A stretch of 64,000 nucleotides of DNA from an uncultured delta proteobacterium. Its GTDB lineage: Bacteria > Desulfobacterota > Syntrophia > Syntrophales > UBA2185. The notes under the pieces are model-generated. The model saw only the letters and a program-made list of their open reading frames with translations, did not search any database and had not been told where the DNA came from. The position numbers and the translations under genes were made by a program. Of this stretch, positions 39,679-50,005 are shown piece by piece (the first letter of the stretch is position 1; each line of letters begins with the position of its first letter). The DNA lies in the NCBI GenBank assembly GCA_963695875.1, contig CAVOID010000009.1, positions 187,568-251,567 on the forward strand. The letters run 5' to 3'.

Positions 39679-40968
39679 TTAACCGCCTTTTCTCTCTTTG
39701 ATAATCTCCATGAATGCATCGATGCGCGTGGAAATCTGGCTCTCTGAGAAACTCCGCTCATCCACCATGTCCGCTTCAATTATCAGGCAGGGAATCCCCC
39801 TTTCCTTTTCTACTATCTTCCGGATATCATACTGTCCCAGGGAGTAGGGCTTGCAGCTGCGGTTCGAGTGCATCAAGAATCCGTCGACCTTGTACTTATC
39901 CACCAATGCCAGCACTATGCGGGCCATCTCATCTATGCCTATATTGAGGTAAATGCGTGTATATGCCTCGGCCATGGATTCGAAAAAGTTGTTCTCGTCG
40001 ATGTACTTCAATGTACCGCACCATGCGGAAGTATAGGTGTCCGCCACAAGGCACGCATTGTGTGACGCCAGCTTCTCGGAGAGCCAGCGCGTACGGGGCC
40101 AGATAGGAATATTGTCCCAGAGGAGCCTGTACTTTTCATTCGGAATGGCCCCGATCCCTCTGGCCACGCGATCCTTCATCTTTTCAAGAAGCTGCGTGTA
40201 ATAGTCTATGACCAGAGGAGTACCCCTCAGTGAAACTATCAGTGCCAGATGGTAGAAGGCATCGAAGGCAGTCATGGGTGCGGGCCTGTTGGCAGTCGTA
40301 TCCAGAACGGCCTGCCAGAGCCGCTGGCCTTCAACGGAGAGCTTTCCCACAACCTTGAGACGATCGTGGTCCATTTTCCTCCCGCATGCCTCTTCCAGGA
40401 AAATGACATATTCGTCAAGCTGCCTGCGGACATATTTTTGAGCCTCCTGTGTATAACCCACATGACAGAATGGCGTATCCAATATGAAGAGAGGAACATT
40501 AAAATAGCGGGCCTGAACTTCATACCACTTCACAACGGTCCCGCAGATGTTGTTGCAGCAGATGAGCATGTCAGGTCTGGGAAGACCGCCGATGGGTCCG
40601 CCGTTTACAGTTGCGCAGGAGATGTCGGAGCGGGCATAGGAACAAAGGTCGCTTGAATATCCCATGGCTTCAGCCTTTTCGCAAAGGTCCGTCCCCATTT
40701 TACTCGCCCCGATCATTGCCCCGTGGTTTTCCGGGTAAACAGGTATTACATCCATGGCAATGAGCGGCTCAACGGGGCCGCCGCTTGTAATCCAGGCAAC
40801 CTTTCTTCTGCTGATACGGGCGCTCTTGGCCTCCATGTAATAGACCATCATGATGTCTTTCATCCTCTTTTTTTTCCTGAAATGGAGGATGAGCTTTTTG
40901 ATCTTCGCAAGAAAGAAGAGCATGATCTCCGGCATTTTATTCATAGGCGCCTGATTCCCTCTTGTCAT
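39679..40968 (-). CDS. 2-hydroxyacyl-CoA dehydratase subunit
   Basis: YPENH, DLCSY, NNICGTVVKWYE, NRSCKP, EADMVDER...TRIDAF. Confidence 0.88.
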   Translation of the reverse strand: MTRGNQAPMNKMPEIMLFFLAKIKKLILHFRKKKRMKDIMMVYYMEAKSARISRRKVAWITSGGPVEPLIAMDVIPVYPENHGAMIGASKMGTDLCEKAEAMGYSSDLCSYARSDISCATVNGGPIGGLPRPDMLICCNNICGTVVKWYEVQARYFNVPLFILDTPFCHVGYTQEAQKYVRRQLDEYVIFLEEACGRKMDHDRLKVVGKLSVEGQRLWQAVLDTTANRPAPMTAFDAFYHLALIVSLRGTPLVIDYYTQLLEKMKDRVARGIGAIPNEKYRLLWDNIPIWPRTRWLSEKLASHNACLVADTYTSAWCGTLKYIDENNFFESMAEAYTRIYLNIGIDEMARIVLALVDKYKVDGFLMHSNRSCKPYSLGQYDIRKIVEKERGIPCLIIEADMVDERSFSESQISTRIDAFMEIIKERKGG

Positions 40969-41024
40969 TTATGTGAATTGTCATAACACCTCAATGAAGG
41001 TCTCAGAAAGTGTCTGTAACTGAT

Positions 41025-42755
41025 TTACTCCCCGGCATATTTCCCTGTGCGCTTCATTTTTCCGATCTCTTCCTGCTCCAGGACCTTGAAGTCGACTTTA
41101 CCCACAAGGGTTTTTGGCAGAACCTCAAGGAATTCGATCTCCCGCGGGCAGCTCCATTTGATGAGATGCTCCTGGCAATGCGCGATAAGCGCCTTTTCCA
41201 TCTCTGGGCCGGCCTTCGTTGGGTCCTTCAGGACTACGAAGCCCTTCACTCGCTGCACCTGTGCTTCGTCGGGAACACCGATGATGCATGCCCCGCTGAC
41301 TTCGGGATACAGGCAGAGAATATCTTCCACCTGGGCGGGGTAAACGTTCATCCCCGATGATTTGATCATCCGTTTCTGTCTGACCTTGAAATAGAAGAAC
41401 CCATCCTCATCCATGTACCCTATGTCGCCGGTATGGAGCCATACTTTTCCGTCAGGATGCTTCTTCAATGTCTGGGCCGTTTCTTCCGGGTTATCGAGGT
41501 ATCCCAGCATAACCGCAGGACCATGGATGCAGATCTCCCCCTCTTCCCTTACCGGGGCTTCTTCTGTTGTACCCATTATTGAGATCTTAGCAAGCATATC
41601 CGGGAAGGGAATACCGATGCTCCCTTCGCGGTATTCATCATATGGGGTTACCATGATGGCTGTCACGGCCTCCGTAAGACCATATCCCTCGAGAAGCTTG
41701 CAGGCTCCTCCCTGTTTCTTGACTACAGCTTCAAAACGCTCCTTGACGGTTCGCGGCAGGGTGTCGGCGCCGCTGAAAGTGGCCCTGAGACAGCTCAGAT
41801 CGGTCTTCTGGAAATCGGGATTACGGCTCAGAGCGTCAAAGAGGGTGGGCACCCCTATCACGAAGTTGGGGCGCCTCTTCTTGATAATCTTTGCCACTGT
41901 CTCCGGTGTAAACTGGGGGACAAGGATGCTCCTGGCTCCTCCCATGAAGCAGGCATTCACGCAAACGCCGAGGCCGAATCCATGGAAGATCGGGAGGATG
42001 GCGAGGATAGAGTCCTTCTCCGAGAGTTCTCCTACGACAGAAACCTGCATGCCTTCGCTGATGAAGTTCATATTGGAAAGCATGATCCCCTTCGGGATGC
42101 CGGTCGTCCCCCCGCTGTAAAGGATTACCGCCATGTCGTCCGTATCCATTTCGGCTTTCGTAGCTTTCGGGTGCGGCCCTTTCATGAGTTCGCTCCACCA
42201 TCTCACCGAGGGGTCTTTGGGAACCGGCGGGATCTTCCGTCCCTTCGTAAGATTGAAGCCGATCTTTTTTATTCCTTTTAGATAATCCGGGATACGGGTC
42301 AGGAGCAGGTTTTCCAGGGGCGTTTTATCTTTGACTTCCCTGAATTTGCCGTAGAATGCATCAAGGGTGAGGGCGAACCGGCTCTTGCTTGAGTTAAGGT
42401 AGAATTCTATCTCCTTTGCCGTGGAGAGAGGGTGAATCATGGCCGCTACTGCGCCGAGTTTGTTCGCCGCGTAAAAGCAGATGATTCCCTGGGGTGTCGT
42501 GGGCATGGAGATGGTAATCCGGTCTCCTTTCTTCATCCCGAGGGAGGCCAGGCCGTCTGCACAGCGGTCGACATCTTTGCCAAACTGCCTGTAAGTGGAG
42601 GTATAACCGAAAAAATCATAGGCAATGGCCTCAGGACATCGCTCCGCGGTCCTCATGACCGCCTCGTACATCGTCACTCTCGGGTAGTCGATGGATTCCG
42701 GGATGTCACCGTAAAACTTTAACCATGGCTTTTTCTCGCACATAACAGAACTCAT
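41025..42755 (-). CDS. Long-chain fatty acid--CoA ligase
   Basis: YSGGTTGIPKG, EGYGLTE, LHTGDIG, SGMNVYP, PKTLVGK. Confidence 0.92.
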   Translation of the reverse strand: MSSVMCEKKPWLKFYGDIPESIDYPRVTMYEAVMRTAERCPEAIAYDFFGYTSTYRQFGKDVDRCADGLASLGMKKGDRITISMPTTPQGIICFYAANKLGAVAAMIHPLSTAKEIEFYLNSSKSRFALTLDAFYGKFREVKDKTPLENLLLTRIPDYLKGIKKIGFNLTKGRKIPPVPKDPSVRWWSELMKGPHPKATKAEMDTDDMAVILYSGGTTGIPKGIMLSNMNFISEGMQVSVVGELSEKDSILAILPIFHGFGLGVCVNACFMGGARSILVPQFTPETVAKIIKKRRPNFVIGVPTLFDALSRNPDFQKTDLSCLRATFSGADTLPRTVKERFEAVVKKQGGACKLLEGYGLTEAVTAIMVTPYDEYREGSIGIPFPDMLAKISIMGTTEEAPVREEGEICIHGPAVMLGYLDNPEETAQTLKKHPDGKVWLHTGDIGYMDEDGFFYFKVRQKRMIKSSGMNVYPAQVEDILCLYPEVSGACIIGVPDEAQVQRVKGFVVLKDPTKAGPEMEKALIAHCQEHLIKWSCPREIEFLEVLPKTLVGKVDFKVLEQEEIGKMKRTGKYAGE

Positions 42756-42981
42756 ACCTTCCAAATCTTTTTTGCGCCGTAACTACCTGGAACAATAATG
42801 TAGAAGTCGAAACAATGTCAATAAAAAAGGGGCAATAAAATTGCGCCTCCACCCTGTGCCCTTCCGACTGGGTATGAAGGGAGTGGCTAGATGATTAAAC
42901 TACGGCTCATAAAAAAACACAGTTCAGCATTCAGGCGCAAGGCCATCAGAAACATGTTGACAGAATGATTTTGTTATTGTA

Positions 42982-42995
42982 GTTGTATATACAAC
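42982..42995. promoter_or_regulatory. Putative MarR operator (core repeated at 43494-43503)
   Basis: Perfect palindrome GTTGTATATACAAC downstream of TTGACA (42957-42962). Confidence 0.6.
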
Positions 42996-43015
42996 CAAAT
43001 TATGTGTCGCCTATC

Positions 43016-43474
43016 ATGAAGAAATCCATAGACAGGTCATCCCTGATAAAAGCAAGGTCGCGCCAGTGCATTGCCGTGCGGATACGGCTGATCAACCGCA
43101 TGGTTACCAACATCTACGATTCTGCATTGAAACCATTCGGGGTAAAGCTCAATCAGATGAGCATACTGGTGGTTGTTTATCTGGCCGGGGAGATCGGTTA
43201 TGACGCTTTGTGCAAACGGCTGAAGATGGAAAAATCAACGGCCAGCAGAAATATAGAGCGTCTGAAAAAAAAGGGGTGGCTTGCTGTCATATCAGTGAAA
43301 AATGAAAGAAGGAAATTCTTGAAAGTCACACCCCCAGGTGAGGAGCTTCTGGAAAAGGTGCATGAAGCATGGGAAGATGCACAGATAAAAGCTGTAGAAC
43401 TATTGGGAGACAAGGAAACGGAAGTGCTCTGCAATATCGCGAACGGAATATGGAAGAAAGATAAGGCAGGGTAA
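43016..43474 (+). CDS. MarR family regulator
   Basis: C...R...R..T.IYD.AL.P.G...NQ, EKSTASRNIERL...GW. Confidence 0.88.
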   Translation: MKKSIDRSSLIKARSRQCIAVRIRLINRMVTNIYDSALKPFGVKLNQMSILVVVYLAGEIGYDALCKRLKMEKSTASRNIERLKKKGWLAVISVKNERRKFLKVTPPGEELLEKVHEAWEDAQIKAVELLGDKETEVLCNIANGIWKKDKAG

Positions 43475-43518
43475 TTTTTTTTACAAATAAAGATGTATAT
43501 ACAAGAAGGAGGAACAAA

Positions 43519-44227
43519 ATGAAAAAACGCATTAAAGAATTTGCATTGGACCTCGGGGTTGATGATGTTGGAGTTGCGGCAGCCGCCGATTATCAAAGTC
43601 CCCGCTCTCCGAAGCTCGACACTATTTTTCCGGGTGTAAAATCTATCCTCGTCATGGCATTCAAAGAACCAACGAGCTGCGAGAGTTCGAATATGCAGGT
43701 TGCCATGAGCGGCAGAATGGATGTGATGGCATTTTCGCGTTCATGCAACTACAGAATGGTCCGTTTTCTGGAGAGGGAATTCGGCGCAAAGGCGATGGCC
43801 GCACCCGCTTCCTACCCTTTGGAAATGAGCATGGAAACCATGGGCTCCATCGGGGATGTCTCGCTGAGGCATGCGGCGATTGCGGCCGGCTTGGGGGCCT
43901 TCGGCCGGCACAACCTCGTCATCCACCCTAAACTCGGTACACGCGTAATCTTTACAGCAATACTGACCGATCTGGATATGCCTTCCGATGCCCGGTGCGA
44001 AGAGGAATTGTGCACCAACTGCAATGAGTGCGTCGAACAATGCCCGGCAGGAGCCCTCGACGAAGAGAACAGGACCGACATGATGAAATGCCTCCGCAAA
44101 TCCCAGCCCTATGGTATCGGCAACAGTATCCGCTTCTGGTCAAAGTTCGCCGACGGCACACCCGAGGAGAAGAAAAAAATGGTCAAGGATGTGGAGTTCT
44201 GGCGCATGTATCAGGCCGGGTTCATAG
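43519..44227 (+). CDS. Epoxyqueuosine reductase-like / reductive dehalogenase-like 4Fe-4S protein, truncated at the junction
   Basis: SLRHAAIAAGLG..GRHNL, ILTD, CTNCNECVEQCPAGAL; second Cys cluster missing after YQAGFI. Confidence 0.8.
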
Positions 44228-44839
44228 CCCCGCCGAAAAAGCCGATCGCCGAGGCGGCCAGAAGGTGCAGGCTGACGGCGGCGAGGCGCTCGCCGCGGAT
44301 CCTCCGCTGGAGCGACTCGGGATACGTCGCGGTTTCCTTTCGGGCGGCGCGGAAGTAGATCGGGAAGAGCGCGGGGGTCGCGTAGAGAAGCTTCAGCCAC
44401 CGCGCGTTCCTCTCGGCGAGAGGTGCGCACGCTTCGGGTCGTCCGTGGTCGAGCCGAGCTCGGCATGGTGATCGAGGTGCCAGCGCGTGAACTGCGCGGG
44501 CGAGATGCCGGAGGGAAGCGCGTAGACGAGGCCGAGGAGGCGATAGGCGCGCGGCCGGTCGCCGTCGAAGACGGCCTTGTGGACGACCTCGTGGAGGAGG
44601 ACCGTTCCGTCGAAGACGACGAAGCCGAGGACGAGCGCGCACGGCACGCGCACCCAGAGGCTCTCGAAGTGCCAGCCGAGGGCGAGGGCGGCGGCGAAGA
44701 GAACGAGCTGGCGGAGGGAGACCGCGAAATGCCGCGCGGGGCTCTTCCGATGCAGCTCCTTGAGGACGTCGTGTGACACGGCAGCCGTGAGCAGTTTCCG
44801 GAGGTCCCCGATCGCACGGTGGAAGTACCCGGACTTCAT
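44228..44839 (-). CDS. Fatty acid desaturase, N-terminal part only, frameshift near 44418
   Basis: His boxes LLHEVVH and WHLDHH, DPKR; very high GC3. Confidence 0.78.
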
Positions 44840-44883
44840 CCCGGGAAGAGATTACGCCGGCCGGAAAAAAAAGGCTCCTCCCC

Positions 44884-45380
44884 TCAATTCCCGTAGCGCT
44901 CCTTGTAGAACGCGTCGATCTTTCTTGCGCTCTTCCGGAGAGAGGCCCTTCTTCCACGCGTGCCGGGGATCGTCCTCGACGGCCTTGATCGCGGCCAGCA
45001 CTTTCTCGTCGCCGTGGGCCGCCTCGCTTCGCCTGCGGGAGGAATTTCGTGTAGAAGTTCTCGGCGACTTCGAAGAAGCCGTGCCACTGGACGAAGTCGG
45101 GGCCCTGCATCGAGGCGCCCATCCGAGCGCGCCGGCCTTCGTGGTGCCAAGGCCGGTAGAACGTCCACTCGATCTCCTCGTCGAACGGCGTGGGCGTGAG
45201 CTTTCCGGCCTCGCGCAGGGCAGTCATGACGCTCAGCGCGGGCCGGGCGAACTTCGTGTTCCACAGGTCGACCGTGTCGTCGTACGACTTGTAGAACGAG
45301 TCGATGAACGCGCCGCCGTGGCAGTTCGTGCAGACATCCTTCATGCCGGCGCGCTTCTTCTCCCAGTTCTCCTGCTTTTT
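44884..45380 (-). CDS. C-terminal fragment of an HAO-like multiheme c-type cytochrome, with frameshifts
   Basis: M..VCTNCH, TPFDEEIEW, WHHEGRRARMGASMQGPD..WHGFFEVA. Confidence 0.75.
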
Positions 45381-45619
45381 CGTTCGCGGGCTGGTTCTGC
45401 CGTGCCGCGTTCCTTGGTTGATGTACCGGAAGCAGTATCCCGCTGGGTCATCGGTTGACTCCTCCCGCCGTCCACGCCCTCCAAGCGAAATCTGCACCAA
45501 CTCGATGGAATTCGAGTACGCGGGCGATCTCCAGTCGCGATCACACAGGGTAGTCGCTGCCACATTTTAGAAGAAGCCATCGCGCGCGTTGTCCCCAGTT
45601 CCACGCCTCTTGGGGCGCC

Positions 45620-45842
45620 GGTTCGTGCGGCAGGCGACGAGCTGACTGCCAAGGCCGTCGAGCGCTGCGATCCAGTCGACGGACGTGGGGCGGCGATTCT
45701 CTTTGCAGCCGTCGCGGCCGAAGGCGCGCTCAAAAAGTTTGGCGAGCTCGGTCGAGGCCACGGCGAGCGGGGGCACATGCGGAGGCGGCTCCATCTGAGT
45801 GAGCCGCAGGTTGTGGCCATACGCGAAGCGGAATTGCTTGGG
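45620..45842 (-). pseudogene. Internal fragment of a YegI-like (TerY-associated) protein kinase
   Basis: QFRFAY...MEPPPH..PL...LAKLFERAF...RPTSVDWIAAL..L..QLVAC. Confidence 0.55.
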
Positions 45843-46208
45843 AAGTTGGCCGCTGTTTATTAACACCAGGGGTGCAGCCTCCTCTACGGTGTAGGATGAA
45901 CGACCCGCAGGGGTTCCGCTAGGAACGCTCAACGAAGCCCCCCTGTCGAGTGATACAACTGACTCTCGGCGCACAGAAGCTATCGGTCTTATTTTTCGGG
46001 TAAACCTGCCCTGCCGCAGCAGATCCAGCTACGACGAAAATTGGCGCGTACCGGTCCATCTGCGTTGCAAAGCCGCAAACTCCCGCGCTGGGCAAAACTG
46101 ATCCGCCCGTGAGCTTTGTAGCCGGCGCCGCCGCGGCTGCCACCTTGAACGTGGGTGTCGATCCCACCACATGACCGACCAGTCAGATCGTCTGATCGGG
46201 GTCGAGCC

Positions 46209-46313
46209 ATGGAGCCGACTAACAAGGGTATGTTGCAGGTCGCAGTGTGGGGTGCGATCGCGGCCGCGATGATTTTCGGCGCCATCTTTGCGTCTCTTGA
46301 ATCCGGCCGATAG
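46209..46313 (+). CDS. 34 aa single-TM peptide (below ORF-track cutoff)
   Basis: MEPTNKGMLQVAVWGAIAAAMIFGAIFASLESGR*, directly upstream of the sensor kinase. Confidence 0.4.
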   Translation: MEPTNKGMLQVAVWGAIAAAMIFGAIFASLESGR

Positions 46314-46354
46314 CCGAATGCAACTCGTGGGCATTCGGGCGCCGCGAGGATGAA

Positions 46355-48039
46355 TTGAGTATCGAAGCAAGACCGGTATCAGCGACCAGTCGGTCCAGGC
46401 TACAGCGCTTGCAAGCCTTGGGTTCACACCCCAACGCATTCAGCGCCGGTGCGCTTCTCGTTGCATACGTCGGCCTAGAGTGGGTGAGCTTCATCCACGA
46501 GTACAAAGGCGTTCCGGTGACGCCTTGGAATCCGGGCCTTGGGGTTGCCTTTGCCATCTTGGTGCTACGGGGAGCGCGCTATGGCCTCGTATTGTTCACC
46601 GGAGTTGTAATCGCTGAACTCTTCGTGCTGCGCACGGATTTGCCATGGCCTGTCATCGTCGGCATGGCCGCTCTCATGGCGGCGACGTTTGCGACGTCTG
46701 CCGCCGTGGCACGGCGACACCTGCGCCTCGATGTTGATCTCAGGCATGTGCGCGACATACTCGTACTGCTGGCTGCCGGCGCTGCAGCCGCCGCCACATC
46801 CGCCACACTACTGAGCGTTCTGTTGCTTATTGCAGGCGAGTTGACGACCGGCGATTTGGTGCAAGCATCCATTCCCCTCTTTGTTGGCGACGTCATCGGC
46901 ATCGCCGTGGTAACGCCGCTCCTGTTGCGCATGTCAGTGCGGTGGCCTGACATCGCGCCGCGGGCAGTTCTTTCACTCCTCCCGGAGCTGATGCTCTTCC
47001 TGGTGGTGATCGGCTTAACACTGTGGATAGCCGTGGGAGCTGGCAATCCGAACGACCACAAGCGGCTCACGGCGCTCTTTCTTCCCGTTCTGGCGGCCGC
47101 CCTGCGCCACGGCATCGATGGTTCGTGCGTAACATTGGCGGCAACGCAACTCGGCCTCCTCGTCCTGTTGCATCAATACGGATACGACGCAGCCACATTC
47201 ACCGAGTTCCAGGTGGTTATGCTGGTCCTCACGACGTCCGGCCTGCTCGTCGGAGTCGTAGTGAGCGAGCGCGAGCGGGCCGATTTGGCCGCGCGTCAGG
47301 CCGAGCAGCGCCTCAAGGAGATGCAGGCGCAGGCGGGTCGGGCCGCGCGCATCAACCTAGTGAGCGGCATGGCCTCCGCCTTGCCCACGAGATCAATCAG
47401 CCGATAACGGCGGCCCGTGCGCTCGCGCGTTCCGTGCAGCAGATTTTGCGCTCACCCGACGCCGATCGGGAGCGCGCCGACATCAACCTGACGGGCGTCA
47501 TCGCCCAGATCGACCACGCGGGCGGGGTTGTTCGCCGTATGCGCGAATTCCTGCGCCGGGGCCGTCCGCATTTCAGTACCCTTGAAGTCAGAGCGGTCTT
47601 GGATGATGCCCTCGTTCTTGCCAAGACGGATGCCGCGGCCAACAGGATCTCCATCCAGCTCGACATCGGCGACGGGCTACCCTCGATTTTTGGCGACCAC
47701 ATCCAGCTCCAGCAGGTCATCCTCAACCTCGTGCACAATGCCGTGGAGGCCATTGTCGAAACGCGCCGTCCCGACGGCAGCATCCGAATTAGCGCCCATC
47801 GGTCTCCGCACGAACCCACGGTCGAGATTGGCGTTGCCGACAACGGCGGCGGCATCTCGGCCGGCCTGACGCTGTTTGAGCCGCTGTCCTCTTCCAAGAA
47901 GGACGGACTGGGCCTAGGCCTTTCGATTTGCGCATTGATCGTGCAGGCACACGGCGGGCGCATCTGGCTGCAGTCGAGTGATGCCGGGACTACGGAGTTC
48001 CGCTTGTCGCTGCCTGTCCAAGTGAAGAGCGCCTCTTGA
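46355..48039 (+). CDS. MASE1-domain sensor histidine kinase; apparent frameshift near 47380
   Basis: MASE1 TPWNPGLG, GDVIG...TPLLL; kinase LAHEINQP, QQVILNLVHNA, DNGGG, GLGLGLSIC. Confidence 0.88.
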
Positions 48040-48041
48040 AC

Positions 48042-48656
48042 ATGGCCATCCCTTCGATCTTCGTCATCGACGACCAGCAGGCGGTGCGCGAGGCGCTGGG
48101 CGAAATGTTGCGCGTGTTCGGCCACCAAGTCGAAACCTACGACTCGGCCGATGAGTTCCTGCGGGAAATCTCGGGCTCGCCCCCGGGATGTATCGTGGCC
48201 GACGTGCGCATGCCCGGCACAGATGGCATTGAACTCGTACGCGAGCTTTCGCGCCGCCACATTTCACTGCCCGTAGTCCTGATTTCCGGGCATGCGGATG
48301 TTCCCATGGCTGTCGCCGCCATCAAGGCCGGGGCAGAGGATTTTATCGAGAAACCGGTGGACGATGCGCATCTGTTGGCCGCCATCAACAGGTGTCTTGC
48401 TCGCGGTTTCGACAAGCTCTCGCACGAGCATTCACTGGAGGAACTACACGGCCGCCTCGAGAGCCTCACGCCTAGGGAACTCGAGGTCATGGACCTCGTG
48501 GTTGAGGGGTTCACGAGCCAGGCCATCGCGCGGCGCCTTGGTATCAGCCAACGCACGGTCGAGAGCTACCGAGTCCAGATCATGGACAAGATGCAGGCCG
48601 AGACTGTCGCCGCGCTGGTGCGGCAGGCCATTCGCCTGGGCCGGATCGCTCCGTAA
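48042..48656 (+). CDS. FixJ/NodW-family response regulator
   Basis: VIDD, DVRMPG, SGHADVPMAV, DFIEKP, LTPRE LuxR HTH. Confidence 0.92.
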   Translation: MAIPSIFVIDDQQAVREALGEMLRVFGHQVETYDSADEFLREISGSPPGCIVADVRMPGTDGIELVRELSRRHISLPVVLISGHADVPMAVAAIKAGAEDFIEKPVDDAHLLAAINRCLARGFDKLSHEHSLEELHGRLESLTPRELEVMDLVVEGFTSQAIARRLGISQRTVESYRVQIMDKMQAETVAALVRQAIRLGRIAP

Positions 48657-48764
48657 AAATACCACCCGATCGGTGCGAATAGCCCGCCTGTCTGGCCATG
48701 GGCTAGCTTCTTCCTGAACTCGGCCGCATCTCGGCGGCACGTCTCAGCAAGAGGTGAGCCAGCA

Positions 48765-49127
48765 GTGAAAGCGCAACGATCCCTCGCTGGTCCCGACATC
48801 CATTGCGAGGCCAATCAACCAGCAGGACGTTGGTTCGTGAGTGTGCTTTTGGGCACGCTGATCGCCACATCTGTGCTCTCGGCCCACTTGCCGATGACGC
48901 TGGTGTTGCCGGCGCTGAGCATCTTCATGGTTGTGTCTGGCTTCGCCATCGCGGCGATCCTCTATCTGGTCGGTTACCGTATGAGCACTGGCTTTTCCCC
49001 TGCATGGGAGGCGGCAGGCGCACTGGTATTTCTCGGTTTTGCCGCCGCAATACTAACAGATGCTAGGGAAGCCTTGGCTGTGTTCGACCAGATGGAGACC
49101 CGTAGCCGAGCTGCGCTGGCGAGATAG
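48765..49127 (+). CDS. Hypothetical membrane protein (about 3 TM)
   Basis: RBS GAGGTGA; hydrophobic helices. Confidence 0.6.
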   Translation: MKAQRSLAGPDIHCEANQPAGRWFVSVLLGTLIATSVLSAHLPMTLVLPALSIFMVVSGFAIAAILYLVGYRMSTGFSPAWEAAGALVFLGFAAAILTDAREALAVFDQMETRSRAALAR

Positions 49128-49184
49128 CTCGCGACGGGCCGGGCACGACCATCGGACGACCTTCAGGCCATACCGGAAATTGTC

Positions 49185-49859
49185 GTGGAAGCACTGCAAG
49201 CAGAGTTCATCGCTCTCCTTCAGGTGATCATCATCGACCTGGTGCTTGCGGGCGACAACGCCATTGTTGTGGGCATCGCAGCATCGCGAGTGGCGCCTGA
49301 GCTGCGTGGCCGCGTCATCTTCTGGGGCATCGCGGCGGCAGTCGGCCTGCGCGTTGCGTTTGCCGCGGTGACCGTGCAGCTGCTGGCGATCATCGGTTTG
49401 ACGCTTGCCGGAGGTATCTTGCTGCTCTGGGTGTGCTGGAAAATGTATCGCGAGATTCGCTACGAACCGAGGGCGGTATCGGTCGGTGCCGCGGCGGCGA
49501 CAACCGACGCACGAACCTCGGGGACGCCGGGTTTTTGTAGCGCAGTGACGCAGATCGTAGTTGCCGACGTTTCCATGTCCCTCGACAACGTCCTGGCCGT
49601 CGCGGGAGCCGCCAAGGGCCACACCTGGGTCTTGATCGTTGGATTGGGCGTCGCCGTGGTGCTGATGGCGGTAGCGGCGAACTACATAGCCAAGCTGCTC
49701 ACCCGCTTCCCGTGGATTACCTGGGTTGGACTGCTGATCATTCTCTACGTAGCGCTCGACATGATGTGGCGCGGCTCGCTCGAAGTCGCTTGCGCGTACG
49801 TGCCCCAAGCAGTCTGCGGTCGAGGGTTGATCGCCGCTCTTGGAGACCTCCTGGGGTGA
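49185..49859 (+). CDS. TerC family (YjbE-like) membrane protein
   Basis: IDLVLAGDNAIVV and ADVSMSLDNVLAVAGAA. Confidence 0.92.
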   Translation: MEALQAEFIALLQVIIIDLVLAGDNAIVVGIAASRVAPELRGRVIFWGIAAAVGLRVAFAAVTVQLLAIIGLTLAGGILLLWVCWKMYREIRYEPRAVSVGAAAATTDARTSGTPGFCSAVTQIVVADVSMSLDNVLAVAGAAKGHTWVLIVGLGVAVVLMAVAANYIAKLLTRFPWITWVGLLIILYVALDMMWRGSLEVACAYVPQAVCGRGLIAALGDLLG

Positions 49860-49886
49860 GCTACTCCCTCGTCGATTGTCTGTCGG

Positions 49887-49958
49887 GTCTGCTGCTGGCA
49901 CGAAGCGGACCACTTCCGCAGTGCAGCGATTTCGTCCGGAATCGGGGGGTGAGCCGAC
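49887..49958. repeat. Paired GTCYG-N14/15-CSGAC palindromic units, site A
   Basis: GTCTGCTGCTGGCACGAAGCGGAC, N23, GTCCGGAATCGGGGGGTGAGCCGAC; same architecture as 63192-63262. Confidence 0.5.
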
Positions 49959-50005
49959 ATTCGCGACGATCGCCCCATCCAACCTCGGATGGACGACCAT
50001 CTTGC

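Noticed and set aside
44211..45563. 450 aa minus-strand ORF as a novel cytochrome fusion
   Set aside because: It strings together chimeric fragments and off-frame desaturase sequence through indels
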